Numbered from the stretch's first letter, positions 1 to 9,511 are shown. The stretch is DNA of 64,000 nucleotides from Thiovulum sp. ES (GCA_000276965.1 AKKQ01000001.1:11129-75128), one strand, 5' to 3'. Program-made: numbers and translations. The notes: generated by a model not told the origin, from the letters alone.

Positions 1-1
1 G

Positions 2-1129
2 GCTAAAAAAACAGAACATTCACTTACTGATATTTCTGTAATGTCTCCACTTTGGAAAGATGCAAAAGTTGTTGAAGTAAATCTTTACCCACAAACAACA
101 GTAAAAATGAACGACAAAAAAGCAAATGAGCTAAATGCCGACAACGGTAGCAAAATTGCCAAAGTTCAAGCTCTTTACAATGAAAAAGAGATCGCATTTT
201 TAATCCGATGGAAAGATGACACACTTTCAATCCAAAAAGGTTACAGAAGTGATGCTTACGGAGATGGTTTTGCTGTTCAATTTGCACAAGATTTCTCAAA
301 TCCTGAACAATTACCATATATTGGAATGGGTTCAGAAGGTCGAGAAGTTTTTGTTCATCTTCAAAAAGCTACACCAAATACATTTGAGCCAAACGGAAAA
401 GGGAATGTTGAACTACAAGTTGGTAGAAAAAATACTCCTTACTTTGAAGAAGAACTCAAAAATTTTGATAAAGCTGTAAAAGCTGAGGCAACTGTTGATT
501 ACGAAAGAAATTTTGTAGCTGGTGGTTTCCGAAGTATGACTCAAGTTCGTGAAGGTGTTGAATCTAACATGGACATGATTTATAACATGAAAAGAGATTG
601 TTGGAAAGGTTCTCTTTCAAGAGAATTAAAAGACGAATATCTTGATTTAAATGCACCTGCAATTCCAGTAGCTTTTGCTGTTTGGGACGGTGGAAAAAAC
701 AATCGAGACGGTCTTAAACTTCTTTCTGGTTGGAATTCTGTAACTCTTTCAGCAGGTGGAGAAAAACTTGTTTCTGCACTTAACGATGAGGTCGCGGGAG
801 ATTTAGCAAACGGTAAAGCTCAATTCGAGGCAAACTGTGCTGCGTGTCACCTTACAAAAGATATTCAAATGAGTGTTCCATTTATGGCTCCTGATCTTTC
901 AAATATTGGTGGATATGCATCTGCTGGATATTTAAAAGAGTCAATTGTTGATCCTAGTGCAGTTGTTGTTCCTGGATATAACAGAAATGCTCATAAAAAT
1001 ACTCCTTGGTACAATGTTGATGAAAATGGAAACAGAGTTTCTACAATGCCAAGCTTTAGCTGGATGGACGAAAAATCTCAAACTGACCTCATCGCTTACC
1101 TTAAAACTTTAAAAGCTGAAGGAAAATAG
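2..1129 (+). CDS. Periplasmic EB_dh-like (DMSO-reductase-family heme-binding) domain fused to a C-terminal class I cytochrome c; 5' end runs off the window
   Basis: The frame stays open from position 2 upstream of the listed ATG at 41. EB_dh-like strings are present (AFLIRWKDDT, DGFAVQF, AFAVWDGGKNNRDGLK). The C-terminal ~100 aa carries a CAACH heme-c site and an MPSF distal-Met region, and is paralogous to the next ORF. Confidence 0.65.
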   Translation, partial: AKKTEHSLTDISVMSPLWKDAKVVEVNLYPQTTVKMNDKKANELNADNGSKIAKVQALYNEKEIAFLIRWKDDTLSIQKGYRSDAYGDGFAVQFAQDFSNPEQLPYIGMGSEGREVFVHLQKATPNTFEPNGKGNVELQVGRKNTPYFEEELKNFDKAVKAEATVDYERNFVAGGFRSMTQVREGVESNMDMIYNMKRDCWKGSLSRELKDEYLDLNAPAIPVAFAVWDGGKNNRDGLKLLSGWNSVTLSAGGEKLVSALNDEVAGDLANGKAQFEANCAACHLTKDIQMSVPFMAPDLSNIGGYASAGYLKESIVDPSAVVVPGYNRNAHKNTPWYNVDENGNRVSTMPSFSWMDEKSQTDLIAYLKTLKAEGK

Positions 1130-1130
1130 T

Positions 1131-1418
1131 ATGAAAAAGACTCTAGTAGCATTAGCTGTTATTTCAAGTTCTTTAACAGCGGGAAATGTGGCAAACGGAA
1201 AAGCTCTTTATGATGCAAACTGTGCTTCTTGCCATAATACTGGTGTTGGACCGAGTCTCTCTCACGTTGGAAATAATAAAGGACACTATATTAAAGAGTC
1301 AATTGTTAATCCAGGTGCAGTAATCACTTCTGGATATGCGAATATCATGCCATCTTTTGCCTCTTTAGGTTCTAGTGCTGTAAGTGATTTAGTTGCATAT
1401 TTAAAAACTCAAAGATAA
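1131..1418 (+). CDS. Monoheme class I cytochrome c with signal peptide
   Basis: Signal peptide MKKTLVALAVISSSL and a CASCH heme site. KESIVNPGAV...MPSF...LVAYLK aligns with the C-terminus of the upstream ORF. Starts 2 nt after the upstream stop. Confidence 0.8.
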   Translation: MKKTLVALAVISSSLTAGNVANGKALYDANCASCHNTGVGPSLSHVGNNKGHYIKESIVNPGAVITSGYANIMPSFASLGSSAVSDLVAYLKTQR

Positions 1419-1427
1419 GGAAATAGA

Positions 1428-1952
1428 ATGAAGTTTTTAGCTACATTACTTTTTGCTCTTTCAACAACTGCTTTTGCTTCAGGAACTGGAATGAGTGAAG
1501 TTCAAGCTCCTGTTGAAGAAGTTGCACATGGAACTGCTTCCGAAAAACAAGAGGCTCTTGCTTCGGCTGAACTTTGTGATGAAGATTTAGAAGTTGAAGA
1601 AGATGCTGAGCTTTTTGAAAAAGTTGGTTTTTTAACAGTTGAAGATTGTGCTTTAAAAGGTACTTTTACAAGCTGTTATTCTGAAGCTTATGTTTGTGGT
1701 TTCGAGGGTTGTTTTGAAGAAAATCAAGCTGGTGAAATCAATCCTGCTCAAGTAGTTCTTTTTGTTCATGACGAAGGAAAATACTACAAAGTTCAATTAG
1801 ATGGTGTTAAACCTTACCAACTAGACGAAGGTATTGGAAGAAATACTGTTACAGTTATCGGACAATATGATGAAGCTACAAATACGATTTATGCTTCTGA
1901 TTACAAAGCTCCACCACCACCAACAAAATCTTTCTTTAAGGGTTGTCTCTAA
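1428..1952 (+). CDS. Secreted acidic Cys-containing hypothetical protein
   Basis: Signal peptide MKFLATLLFALSTTAFA, an acidic N-terminal region and several Cys (CALKG, SCYSEAYVCGFEGC). Lies 9 nt after the cytochrome c gene. No family recognised. Confidence 0.5.
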   Translation: MKFLATLLFALSTTAFASGTGMSEVQAPVEEVAHGTASEKQEALASAELCDEDLEVEEDAELFEKVGFLTVEDCALKGTFTSCYSEAYVCGFEGCFEENQAGEINPAQVVLFVHDEGKYYKVQLDGVKPYQLDEGIGRNTVTVIGQYDEATNTIYASDYKAPPPPTKSFFKGCL

Positions 1953-1961
1953 GATTTCCCT

Positions 1962-1990
1962 TTCCCCTTTTGGGGAAAATTCATAAACTT
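1962..1990. repeat. Hairpin CCCCTTTTGGGG plus conserved tail AAATTCATAAACT (copy 1 of 2)
   Basis: ttccccttttggggaaaattcataaactt. A near-identical copy lies at 30774-30803. Probably a terminator for the upstream + strand operon. Confidence 0.6.
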
Positions 1991-2031
1991 ACAAAAAAAC
2001 TCGTTTCTAACTCTTTTATAAATTTACAAAA

Positions 2032-2445
2032 TTAAAGCTCAATTATTTCAAAAGGGATTTCTGTTTTAAATTCGTGATTATTTGTTATGAATAGATCACA
2101 ATTGTAATGAATTGCAGTTAGGTATTGTAATTTATTTTCAAAATCGACTTCGTTTCTTTCAACAAGTTCCAATGTTTTGTAAATTATCTCTTCATTTGCA
2201 GGAACAACTTTAAAGATTTTTAGTAGATTTTTTAATTTTTCAGTTATTTTACTTATCTCTTCTTTTTCAGAGACTGAGTGAAAAATCATAATCACAGCCT
2301 CTGAGCTTGTCAAAATATCATAATCATTGTGGATGAGGTCGGTTAAAACATCGATAACCTCATCGCCAATTTCAGTTGAACTATCGAGTAGTTCAATAAC
2401 AATATTTAAATCAAGAAAGACTCTTTTGTTTCTTATAAGATTCAT
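2032..2445 (-). CDS. PIN-domain (VapC-like) putative ribonuclease
   Basis: N-terminal VFLDLNIVIELL (PIN beta1-Asp pattern) and C-terminal CDLFITNN. The size (137 aa) is typical. Its start overlaps the hspR stop by 4 nt (ATGA). Confidence 0.55.
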   Translation of the reverse strand: MNLIRNKRVFLDLNIVIELLDSSTEIGDEVIDVLTDLIHNDYDILTSSEAVIMIFHSVSEKEEISKITEKLKNLLKIFKVVPANEEIIYKTLELVERNEVDFENKLQYLTAIHYNCDLFITNNHEFKTEIPFEIIEL

Positions 2446-2849
2446 TTTTCATCAAAATTATCATCGTCGTCGTCAAAAATTGCAATATCATAAATATTTT
2501 GGCTCTTCTGTTGCAACTCTTTTCTTTTTGTTGAACCGTGATTTTCGTATTTGTGTTGAATAACTTCCATATTCAAATTTTCAACTTCCGCTTCAAGTTT
2601 TGCAATTCGCTCTTTTAATCGCAAAATAATATCAACTCCAGCAAGATTTACTCCGAGTTCTCTTGTTAACCGCAAAACCATTTTGATTTTATCAATATCT
2701 CTTTGTGAATAGAGTCTCATTCTTCCATCAGTTCGCGATGGAGAAATTAAGCCCTCTCTCTCATATTGTCGTAGTGTCTGCGGATGAATATCAAGAATTT
2801 TTGAAACAACACTAATTAAATAAACAGGCTCATCGTAGTTGTGCATCAT
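2442..2849 (-). CDS. hspR: HspR, MerR-family heat-shock repressor
   Basis: YLISVVSKILDIHPQTLRQYEREGLISPSRTDGRMRLYS...ELGVNLAGV is the HspR/MerR HTH pattern. Sits directly after cbpA as in Helicobacter and Campylobacter. Unusual poly-Asp tail (FDDDDDNFDEK). Confidence 0.85.
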   Translation of the reverse strand: MMHNYDEPVYLISVVSKILDIHPQTLRQYEREGLISPSRTDGRMRLYSQRDIDKIKMVLRLTRELGVNLAGVDIILRLKERIAKLEAEVENLNMEVIQHKYENHGSTKRKELQQKSQNIYDIAIFDDDDDNFDEK

Positions 2850-3701
2850 CTATAAACTCTTTGGTAATTTATCTCTCATGATTTTAACCAAATCATCTGG
2901 GAGTTCTGAAACTTTTGGAATTTGAACACTCACTTTTATGTAAAGATGACCAGTTATTCCGCTTTTCCGATTGTATAAACCGCCTTCACGAATTCTGAAT
3001 TTTTGACCGTTTTTAACCCCCTCAGGAATTTTGATTTTGACATCTTTTTTAAGAGTCTCAACTTCAATTTCTCCGCCAAAAAGTGCTGTAAAAAGAGGAA
3101 TTTTTATCTCTTTTACAATATCATCTTCATCAGTTTCATATTCAGGATGTTGCTGAATTGAGACAATCAAAAAGAGATCACCCGTTCCAGTTCGACCCTG
3201 TTTTCCCTTTCCTTTTAATCGCAATTTTTCGCCATCACGAATTCCAGCAGGAACTTTTATATCAACAGTTTCACTACTATTTAAATAGACAACCTCTTTT
3301 CCACCAAGTAGTGAAGTTCGGAAAGTTATATGAAGTTTTTTCTCAATATCTAAATTCTCTTGTTGAAAGCCTCCGCCAAAACCACCGCCAAATCCTCCAC
3401 TGTTTCCACCAAAGAAACTTTTAAAAAGTTCATCAAAATCTATGTCGTTTTGGCTTCTCGAAAAATCACTAAAGTTTTGATTTCCAAACATGGAATCACC
3501 AAATTGATCATATTTAGATCTCTTCTTTTCATCTCCAAGAACCTCATAAGCTCCATTTATCTCTTTAAATTTATCTTCGGCATCAGGGGATTTGTTTATG
3601 TCTGGGTGATATTGTCTAGCTAGTTTTTTATATGCTTTTTTTATATCAGTTTGAGAGGAGTTTTGAGAAACTCCTAAAATATCATACAAACTCTTACTCA
3701 T
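2850..3701 (-). CDS. cbpA: CbpA-type DnaJ homolog (J domain, G/F region, DnaJ C-terminal domain, no zinc finger)
   Basis: J domain LYDILGV...YHPDINK, G/F-rich [15 protein letters not shown] and a DnaJ_C-like C-terminus. Confidence 0.85.
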   Translation of the reverse strand: MSKSLYDILGVSQNSSQTDIKKAYKKLARQYHPDINKSPDAEDKFKEINGAYEVLGDEKKRSKYDQFGDSMFGNQNFSDFSRSQNDIDFDELFKSFFGGNSGGFGGGFGGGFQQENLDIEKKLHITFRTSLLGGKEVVYLNSSETVDIKVPAGIRDGEKLRLKGKGKQGRTGTGDLFLIVSIQQHPEYETDEDDIVKEIKIPLFTALFGGEIEVETLKKDVKIKIPEGVKNGQKFRIREGGLYNRKSGITGHLYIKVSVQIPKVSELPDDLVKIMRDKLPKSL

Positions 3702-3725
3702 TAGATATACCTCTTTTTTAGTGGA

Positions 3726-3759
3726 ATTATATCTAACTAATTGAGTCTCTTCTAATCAA
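3726..3759 (-). promoter_or_regulatory. Candidate cbpA promoter -10 (TATAAT) with HAIR-like HspR operator half-sites
   Basis: On the minus strand TATAAT lies at 3726-3731, about 25 nt upstream of the ATG. On the plus strand TTGAGT-N7-AATCAA sits at 3741-3759, matching the HAIR core TTGAGT-N7-ACTCAA at 11 of 12 bases. Confidence 0.35.
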
Positions 3760-3769
3760 CTTTGTTGTG

Positions 3770-5650
3770 TTAAGAGGTTATAACTGTATTTCTTCCAGAA
3801 ATTTTAGCAGTGTAAAGAGCTTTATCAACTCGCAACAAAAGTTCATCAACACTCTCAAATTTTCGATGTTCCGTAACACCAAAACTAGCTGTAATTGGTA
3901 TCTCTTTAAAGAAACGATGTTTTTCAAGCATTGATCTTAATTTTTCAGCAAGTTTAGTTGCAGAAATCATTCTATCATCAACAATAATAATAAACTCTTC
4001 ACCACCCCAACGATAAATAATATCACTTTTCCTAATTTTTAAATCAAGAAGAGTGGAAAACTCAATCAAAATTTTGTCGCCAGTAAGATGACCATAAGAA
4101 TCATTTACAACTTTAAATCTATCAATATCACAAAGAATCAGCGAGAAAGTTCTATTTTTAAGAACCGCATTTTTAACATCAATATCAAATTTTGTTCGAT
4201 TATAAACATTTGTCAATTTATCTCGATTTGCTTTGTCTTTAATCATCTCTTTTTCAAGTTCCGATGTTGTGATGTCCGAAAGAATTAGTAAAAATAGATT
4301 TTGCTCTTTTAACTCCGTAACATTTATGTTGAAAATCCGAACCATTTTTGTTGAGTGTTCAACAATTTTAACTTTGTATTGATTTTGATTGTTTTCAATA
4401 ATGTGATTTATAACAAAATTGTTGTCGCTAAAATTTCGCGAAAGATAGCCCTCTTCCTGAATAAAATAGTCGCAAATGCACTCATTCACCTCTTTCATCT
4501 CTTGTAAAGATTCATATCCAAAAAAGTCCAAAAATTTCTTATTTACTCGAACAACCTCATCTTTATTTTTAACAAGAATTAAGCTGTTTTGATTGTCCAA
4601 AATTTTATTGATAAACTCAAACTCCTCTTTTCTCACATTTGAAAGCATCATGTAAATAAATAGAAAAATAACGAATCCACCGCCACCTGCTTGAATAAGA
4701 AAATTGTTGAATTCTTCACTTAAAATATCAGCTTCTGTGTAATTTACAATGTATGCAACTTCATGCCCTTCAATATTCTTAATAGGGAAAAAGCTAACAA
4801 TATATGTCTTAGAATTGTGTTCTATAATTTTGGAAAAAGATTTCCTCTCTGTTAATAGAGGCGATATTTCGCTTTTTATTTTCTCATTTATCTCTTCAAA
4901 AATTTTAAAATTGTTTCTATCGTTTATAATTTTTTTATTTATATGTCCAACTTCAGCATAAAAATCTTCACTAATAGAACTCTCAATATAGTTATCTTTT
5001 GATGAAAAAACCTTTTTTTCAACAAGTTGTTTTGAGATTATAAATGTATAGTATCCGTCAAAAAGATTTTGTAAAGTTTCACTAACTTCCTGAAATGAAA
5101 AACTTATTTCAACACTTCCAAGATGCATTCCATCATAAATAATTGGATAAACATTTCGGAAACCATTGTTTATTCGTCCCTCTTCAAAACCGTAAATTGG
5201 TCTCAAAGTTCTATTTACATAATTTACTGAGTATCGAATATTCTTGAGAGAATCTCCAAATTTCTCCTGTTTATGCATTCTTAAAAAACTAAGATTATCT
5301 TTTGTGTGAAAATGAAATTGACGAACATTTTTTTCTCTCATTCTTTTAAAAGATTTTGAAAGTTGTCTTATTAATTCTTCTCTAACTTCATTATCTTTTT
5401 CGGTGCTGTATCCGATTTGAGAATAGAGTTCAAGAATATTTTTCTTATTTGCGACCTCATCAAAATAAATATCACTCTTTTTAGACAGTTCCCCCGTAAC
5501 TGTTTTATACTGATTAGATATTTCATTTATTTTCTGAAAAGTAAAAGTATTCACTTTGTCATAATATATATAATAACCTAAAAAAGTATTCAAGACGGCA
5601 AAAATAACAAAGATAATTGTATATAGAGTTTTTCTTCTTTGTTCTTTCAA
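3770..5650 (-). CDS. Membrane sensor diguanylate cyclase (periplasmic sensor, PAS-like region, GGDEF)
   Basis: N-terminal TM helix, a second TM around GGGGFVIFLFIYMML, and a C-terminal GGDEF domain with RWGGEEF and DRFKVVNDSYGHLTGD. Confidence 0.8.
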   Translation of the reverse strand: MKEQRRKTLYTIIFVIFAVLNTFLGYYIYYDKVNTFTFQKINEISNQYKTVTGELSKKSDIYFDEVANKKNILELYSQIGYSTEKDNEVREELIRQLSKSFKRMREKNVRQFHFHTKDNLSFLRMHKQEKFGDSLKNIRYSVNYVNRTLRPIYGFEEGRINNGFRNVYPIIYDGMHLGSVEISFSFQEVSETLQNLFDGYYTFIISKQLVEKKVFSSKDNYIESSISEDFYAEVGHINKKIINDRNNFKIFEEINEKIKSEISPLLTERKSFSKIIEHNSKTYIVSFFPIKNIEGHEVAYIVNYTEADILSEEFNNFLIQAGGGGFVIFLFIYMMLSNVRKEEFEFINKILDNQNSLILVKNKDEVVRVNKKFLDFFGYESLQEMKEVNECICDYFIQEEGYLSRNFSDNNFVINHIIENNQNQYKVKIVEHSTKMVRIFNINVTELKEQNLFLLILSDITTSELEKEMIKDKANRDKLTNVYNRTKFDIDVKNAVLKNRTFSLILCDIDRFKVVNDSYGHLTGDKILIEFSTLLDLKIRKSDIIYRWGGEEFIIIVDDRMISATKLAEKLRSMLEKHRFFKEIPITASFGVTEHRKFESVDELLLRVDKALYTAKISGRNTVITS

Positions 5651-5806
5651 AAATTCTTCCTTTTTTTATTTTTAAATACAAAGTTTTTTAAATTAAATAA
5701 ATCAATTTCGCTAATTATATTGCAAAAGATTAAAAAGGGAGTGTGAGAAAAAAATTTCTCTCTTCTTGCTACAATATCCTTAAATTATAGGAAAAATTTT
5801 ACAAAC

Positions 5807-6991
5807 ATGTTTCAACAAATTATCACAGATGGCGGTGTTTCTGCACCAGAAGGTTTTTTTAGTAGCGGTGTTTCTGCGGGATTAAAAAATGATGAAAAAC
5901 TTGACTTAGGTTTTATATATTCCGACAAGATTTCCAATGTCGGTGCTGTTTTTACAAGCAATAAATTTAAAGCATCTCCACTCAAACATTACATTCAAAA
6001 CGACATAAAACAGACAAACTTTATTCTTGCCAACTCAAAAAATGCAAATGCGATGACTGGTGAAAAAGGTATTAGTGATATTGAGGAAATCCTACAAGAA
6101 CTTTCAAAAAAACTTCCAATTGAAAATCCAATCATGAGTTCAACAGGTGTTATTGGAGTCCATTTACCAGTTGAAAAAATTGTCAAAGGGGCAGAAAAGT
6201 TTGACTTGAGCAGAAAAGAGAGCGACCTTTTTGCACAATCAATAATGACAACTGATGCCTATAAAAAAGAGATTGCTGTAAAGGTTATTTTAAGAGACGG
6301 TCGAGAATATAGCATTGGTGGAGTTGCAAAAGGTGCAGGAATGATAAATCCATCAATGGCAACAATGTTGGCTTTTATCACAACCGATTTAGATATTCCG
6401 AGTGATGAAATCGTAAAAATCCTCCGAGAAGTTTCACACACAACATTCAATGCAATTTCAGTCGATGGCGACACTTCAACAAATGATTCTGTATTTTTAA
6501 TGGCAAACGGAAAAAAGAACTTTTACGACGAATACTCTTTTAAAAGCAGTTTAAAAATTGTGATGGAGTATCTCGCTTTACAAATTGTCAAAGATGGAGA
6601 GGGTGCAAAAAAACTTGCTAAATTCTCAATTGTCGGAGCAAGAACGGATTGTGAAGCCGAAAAAGTTGCTAAAACTCTCTCAGACTCTCTTCTTGTTAAA
6701 ACCGCTCTTTTTGGCGAAGACCCAAATTGGGGACGAATTGCAATGGGAATTGGTGCTTCTGGTGCAGAAGTCTCTGAAGAGAATTTAACAATCGCTTACA
6801 ACGATGTTAAAGTTTATGAAAAGGGTAAAAACCTATTTGACGATGAGGTCGAGAAAGAGGCATTTAAAGTTTTACAAAAACGGGAATTTACAATAAATTG
6901 CGATTTGGGAGTTGGAAATGGAAAATTCTCAAGTTATGGTTGTGATTTGGGCTATGAGTATGTAAAAATCAATGCAGATTATCGAACTTAA
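5807..6991 (+). CDS. argJ: Bifunctional ornithine acetyltransferase / N-acetylglutamate synthase
   Basis: ArgJ autoprocessing region ATMLAFITTD, plus VDGDTSTND and a C-terminal YVKINADYRT. Confidence 0.9.
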   Translation: MFQQIITDGGVSAPEGFFSSGVSAGLKNDEKLDLGFIYSDKISNVGAVFTSNKFKASPLKHYIQNDIKQTNFILANSKNANAMTGEKGISDIEEILQELSKKLPIENPIMSSTGVIGVHLPVEKIVKGAEKFDLSRKESDLFAQSIMTTDAYKKEIAVKVILRDGREYSIGGVAKGAGMINPSMATMLAFITTDLDIPSDEIVKILREVSHTTFNAISVDGDTSTNDSVFLMANGKKNFYDEYSFKSSLKIVMEYLALQIVKDGEGAKKLAKFSIVGARTDCEAEKVAKTLSDSLLVKTALFGEDPNWGRIAMGIGASGAEVSEENLTIAYNDVKVYEKGKNLFDDEVEKEAFKVLQKREFTINCDLGVGNGKFSSYGCDLGYEYVKINADYRT

Positions 6992-6996
6992 ATTTC

Positions 6997-7016
6997 TTGT
7001 CGGATTTTTCCGACAA
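6997..7016. terminator. Bidirectional hairpin TTGTCGGA-tttt-TCCGACAA (family member a)
   Basis: Perfect 8-bp stem between convergent argJ and the hydrolase gene. A/T runs flank both sides. Confidence 0.65.
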
Positions 7017-7019
7017 AAT

Positions 7020-7526
7020 CTAAATTAAAAAGTGTCCTCGATTTTTCAAAAAACAGACTTTTCCAAATTGTGAAAAAAATTCTCGAGCCTCTTGTGAATC
7101 GATAATTTTATCTTCACCACCAAGAAAAACTTCAATTTCAGTTCCACGATTTTTGATATTTTCTAAAACCTCATCGCTCCATTTAAAAGTTAGAAGCTCT
7201 TCCAGCTCTTCTATTTTTCCATCAACTTTTTCAACTTCTAAAATCTCGTTTGGATAAAAAATATTTTTAAAGAAATTTTGAGAATAGAGTTCCGAATTTT
7301 TACGAAATGAGATTAGTTGGAGTCGAATAAATTTTTCGCTCTTATTTTGAAAAAAAGCTGGTGAAAAAAGTTGTAGTCGGTCAATTCGCTTTTCGGTTTC
7401 TAAAACATATTTTAAAGCTTTTATTGCTCCGTAGCTAAATCCTGCAACTGTAAATTCAGACTCTTTTAAAAACTCACCAAAATATTTATGCTCATTTTGT
7501 AATTGGAATCCGCTAAAGAATTGCAT
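7020..7526 (-). CDS. Small lid-less alpha/beta hydrolase (possible BioV/BioG-like esterase)
   Basis: GFSYG nucleophile elbow (GxSxG) and a late His (RGHFLI). At 168 aa it has no lid. The specific esterase assignment is a guess. Confidence 0.45.
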   Translation of the reverse strand: MQFFSGFQLQNEHKYFGEFLKESEFTVAGFSYGAIKALKYVLETEKRIDRLQLFSPAFFQNKSEKFIRLQLISFRKNSELYSQNFFKNIFYPNEILEVEKVDGKIEELEELLTFKWSDEVLENIKNRGTEIEVFLGGEDKIIDSQEAREFFSQFGKVCFLKNRGHFLI

Positions 7527-8148
7527 TTAATCTCCTGTTAAAATAGATTGCTGTTAAAAACCCAATTGTTCCACCAACAATTATATCGCTCAAATAGTGA
7601 TTGCTTGTTGCAACTCTGCTAAATGCAAAAATTAATCCTGTTGAAAAGAAATAGTATTTCCATTTTGGAAAAGATATTGCAAAAACCGTTGCAATTGAGA
7701 GAGCTGTTGCCGAGTGTCCAGATGGAAAAGAAGCAAAAGATGAACTAAATTGTAAAAATTGAAATCCTTTTTCTCCAGTTTCAAAAAAGAGATATGGGCG
7801 AACTCTTCCAAAAATTGGTTTAAGAATATTTACAAAAATTCCTGAAAATAAGACTGAAAGATAAAGCAAAAGAGCAGTTCGACTAACAAATATTCTCACA
7901 CACTCCTCTTTAATAAAAGTTGCAAAAGTCCGAATGCAAAAACCGTTTCTAAAAACAAAAATAAAATAGATCATAATTGAGCAAAGAATCCAACATGTAG
8001 ATTTCACAAAATCTGTAATTAGCTTAAAAAAATCTCTAATTTCAGGAAGAAAGTCATATTTCACAAATTCAGCAAGTGGGTAATCGATCGATTTGATTAT
8101 CATCAAAATTGTTAGGGTGTAGAGAACTACACCATAAAATCGAATCAT
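7513..8148 (-). CDS. PAP2-family lipid phosphatase (membrane)
   Basis: PAP2 motifs KPIFGRVRP, PSGHS and SRVATSNHYLSD. Multiple TM helices. Confidence 0.8.
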   Translation of the reverse strand: MIRFYGVVLYTLTILMIIKSIDYPLAEFVKYDFLPEIRDFFKLITDFVKSTCWILCSIMIYFIFVFRNGFCIRTFATFIKEECVRIFVSRTALLLYLSVLFSGIFVNILKPIFGRVRPYLFFETGEKGFQFLQFSSSFASFPSGHSATALSIATVFAISFPKWKYYFFSTGLIFAFSRVATSNHYLSDIIVGGTIGFLTAIYFNRRLNAIL

Positions 8149-8151
8149 TTT

Positions 8152-9429
8152 TTATTTCAGAGCTTGATATGCGATGTCAGTCCTGAACTGTTTTCCTGCG
8201 AAATGAATTTGTCCGCAAAGCATGTAAGCTCGGTCTCGTGCTTCAGCAATTGAGTCTCCAAGTCCGACAGCTACAAGAACACGACCACCTGTTGCAAAAA
8301 GTTTTCCATCTTCAGCAGAAACTCCAGCAAAAGAGATGTGTGAATTTTCGGCAAGTTTTTCATGAACAATTTCATCAACAATAATTTCAGCAGGTTCAGA
8401 AGATTTGTAAGGATAATTTCCAGAAGCCATTACAACTCCAACAGAATATCGGTTTGAGATTTTAATATCGACCTCATCCAGTTTTCCAAGTGAAGCTTTA
8501 TGGAGAATTTCCAAAACAGAAGTTTCAATAAGTGGCATCAAAATTTCGCATTCAGGATCACCAAATCGAACATTGAATTCAAGAGTTAGTGGCTCACCAT
8601 TTACAACCATAATTCCCGCAAAAAGAACACCACGGAAAAGATTTCCATCACTCTCCATACCTTTTAAAGTTGGTGCGATAATTCGGTCTTCAATTTTTTT
8701 GTAAAGTTCATCGTCGATTAGTGGAGTTGGTGCATAAGCTCCCATTCCACCAGTATTTGGACCTTTGTCATCAGTCAAAAGTCGTTTGTGATCTTGTGCT
8801 GCGGGAAGAATTTTGAAACTTTTACCATCAGAAATAGCAAAAACAGAGAGTTCATAGCCGTCAAGAAATTCCTCAACAATCACTTTTTTACCTGCATCGC
8901 CAAAAAGATCACCGCTGAGCATTTCACGAATTGTCTCATTTGCTTTTTCATGGCTTTCTGCGATAATTACACCTTTTCCGCCACAAAGACCGTCTGCTTT
9001 TACAACAATTGGAGTTGGTAAATTTTTAGAAAATTCAATAGCCTCTTCTGCCGATGAGGTCTCGATAAATCGTGCTGTTGGAATTCCGTGTTTTTTCAAG
9101 AAATTCTTCATGAAAACTTTAGAACCCTCAAGTTGTGAAGCATTTTTAGATGAACCAAAAATTGTTAAACCTCGACTCTCAAAAATATCAACAATTCCAT
9201 CAACAAGCGGTTGTTCTGGTCCAACAATTGTAAAACCAATTCCTTCGCTTTCAACAAAATCCGCAAGTTTTTGGAAATCTTTGATGTCAATATTTTCGCC
9301 TAAATTTGCAGTTGCACCATTCCCAGGGGCGAAATATAATTTTTTTACTCTCTCATCTTTTTGGACCGCAAGAGCAATTGAATATTCTCGACCACCAGCA
9401 CCAACAATTAAAACTTTTTCTAAATTCAT
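8152..9429 (-). CDS. purD: Phosphoribosylamine-glycine ligase
   Basis: Full-length PurD pattern (VLIVGAGGREYSIA, ATP-grasp, GGRVL). Confidence 0.95.
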   Translation of the reverse strand: MNLEKVLIVGAGGREYSIALAVQKDERVKKLYFAPGNGATANLGENIDIKDFQKLADFVESEGIGFTIVGPEQPLVDGIVDIFESRGLTIFGSSKNASQLEGSKVFMKNFLKKHGIPTARFIETSSAEEAIEFSKNLPTPIVVKADGLCGGKGVIIAESHEKANETIREMLSGDLFGDAGKKVIVEEFLDGYELSVFAISDGKSFKILPAAQDHKRLLTDDKGPNTGGMGAYAPTPLIDDELYKKIEDRIIAPTLKGMESDGNLFRGVLFAGIMVVNGEPLTLEFNVRFGDPECEILMPLIETSVLEILHKASLGKLDEVDIKISNRYSVGVVMASGNYPYKSSEPAEIIVDEIVHEKLAENSHISFAGVSAEDGKLFATGGRVLVAVGLGDSIAEARDRAYMLCGQIHFAGKQFRTDIAYQALK

Positions 9430-9488
9430 TTTTTTCTTTTGTAGTTTGATTTATTTAGTATTTTAACATTTAAGGTTGTGAGAGAGTT

Positions 9489-9508
9489 TTGTCGGATCTC
9501 TCCGACAG
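9489..9508. terminator. Hairpin TTGTCGGA-tctc-TCCGACAG (family member b)
   Basis: Lies 4 nt downstream of the kamA-family stop. Stem of 7-8 bp. Confidence 0.6.
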
Positions 9509-9511
9509 TTT

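Noticed and set aside
216-479. Many short ORFs in the six-frame track lie inside or antisense to larger genes. Examples: 24-317, 216-479, 3158-3424, 8788-9021, 9110-9466, 12757-13203, 19154-19792, 35081-35590, 41519-41794, 52097-52384, 63091-63513.
   Set aside because: Each is fully overlapped by a longer ORF with clear family motifs. Their low-complexity or stop-poor translations are typical of AT-rich shadow frames.
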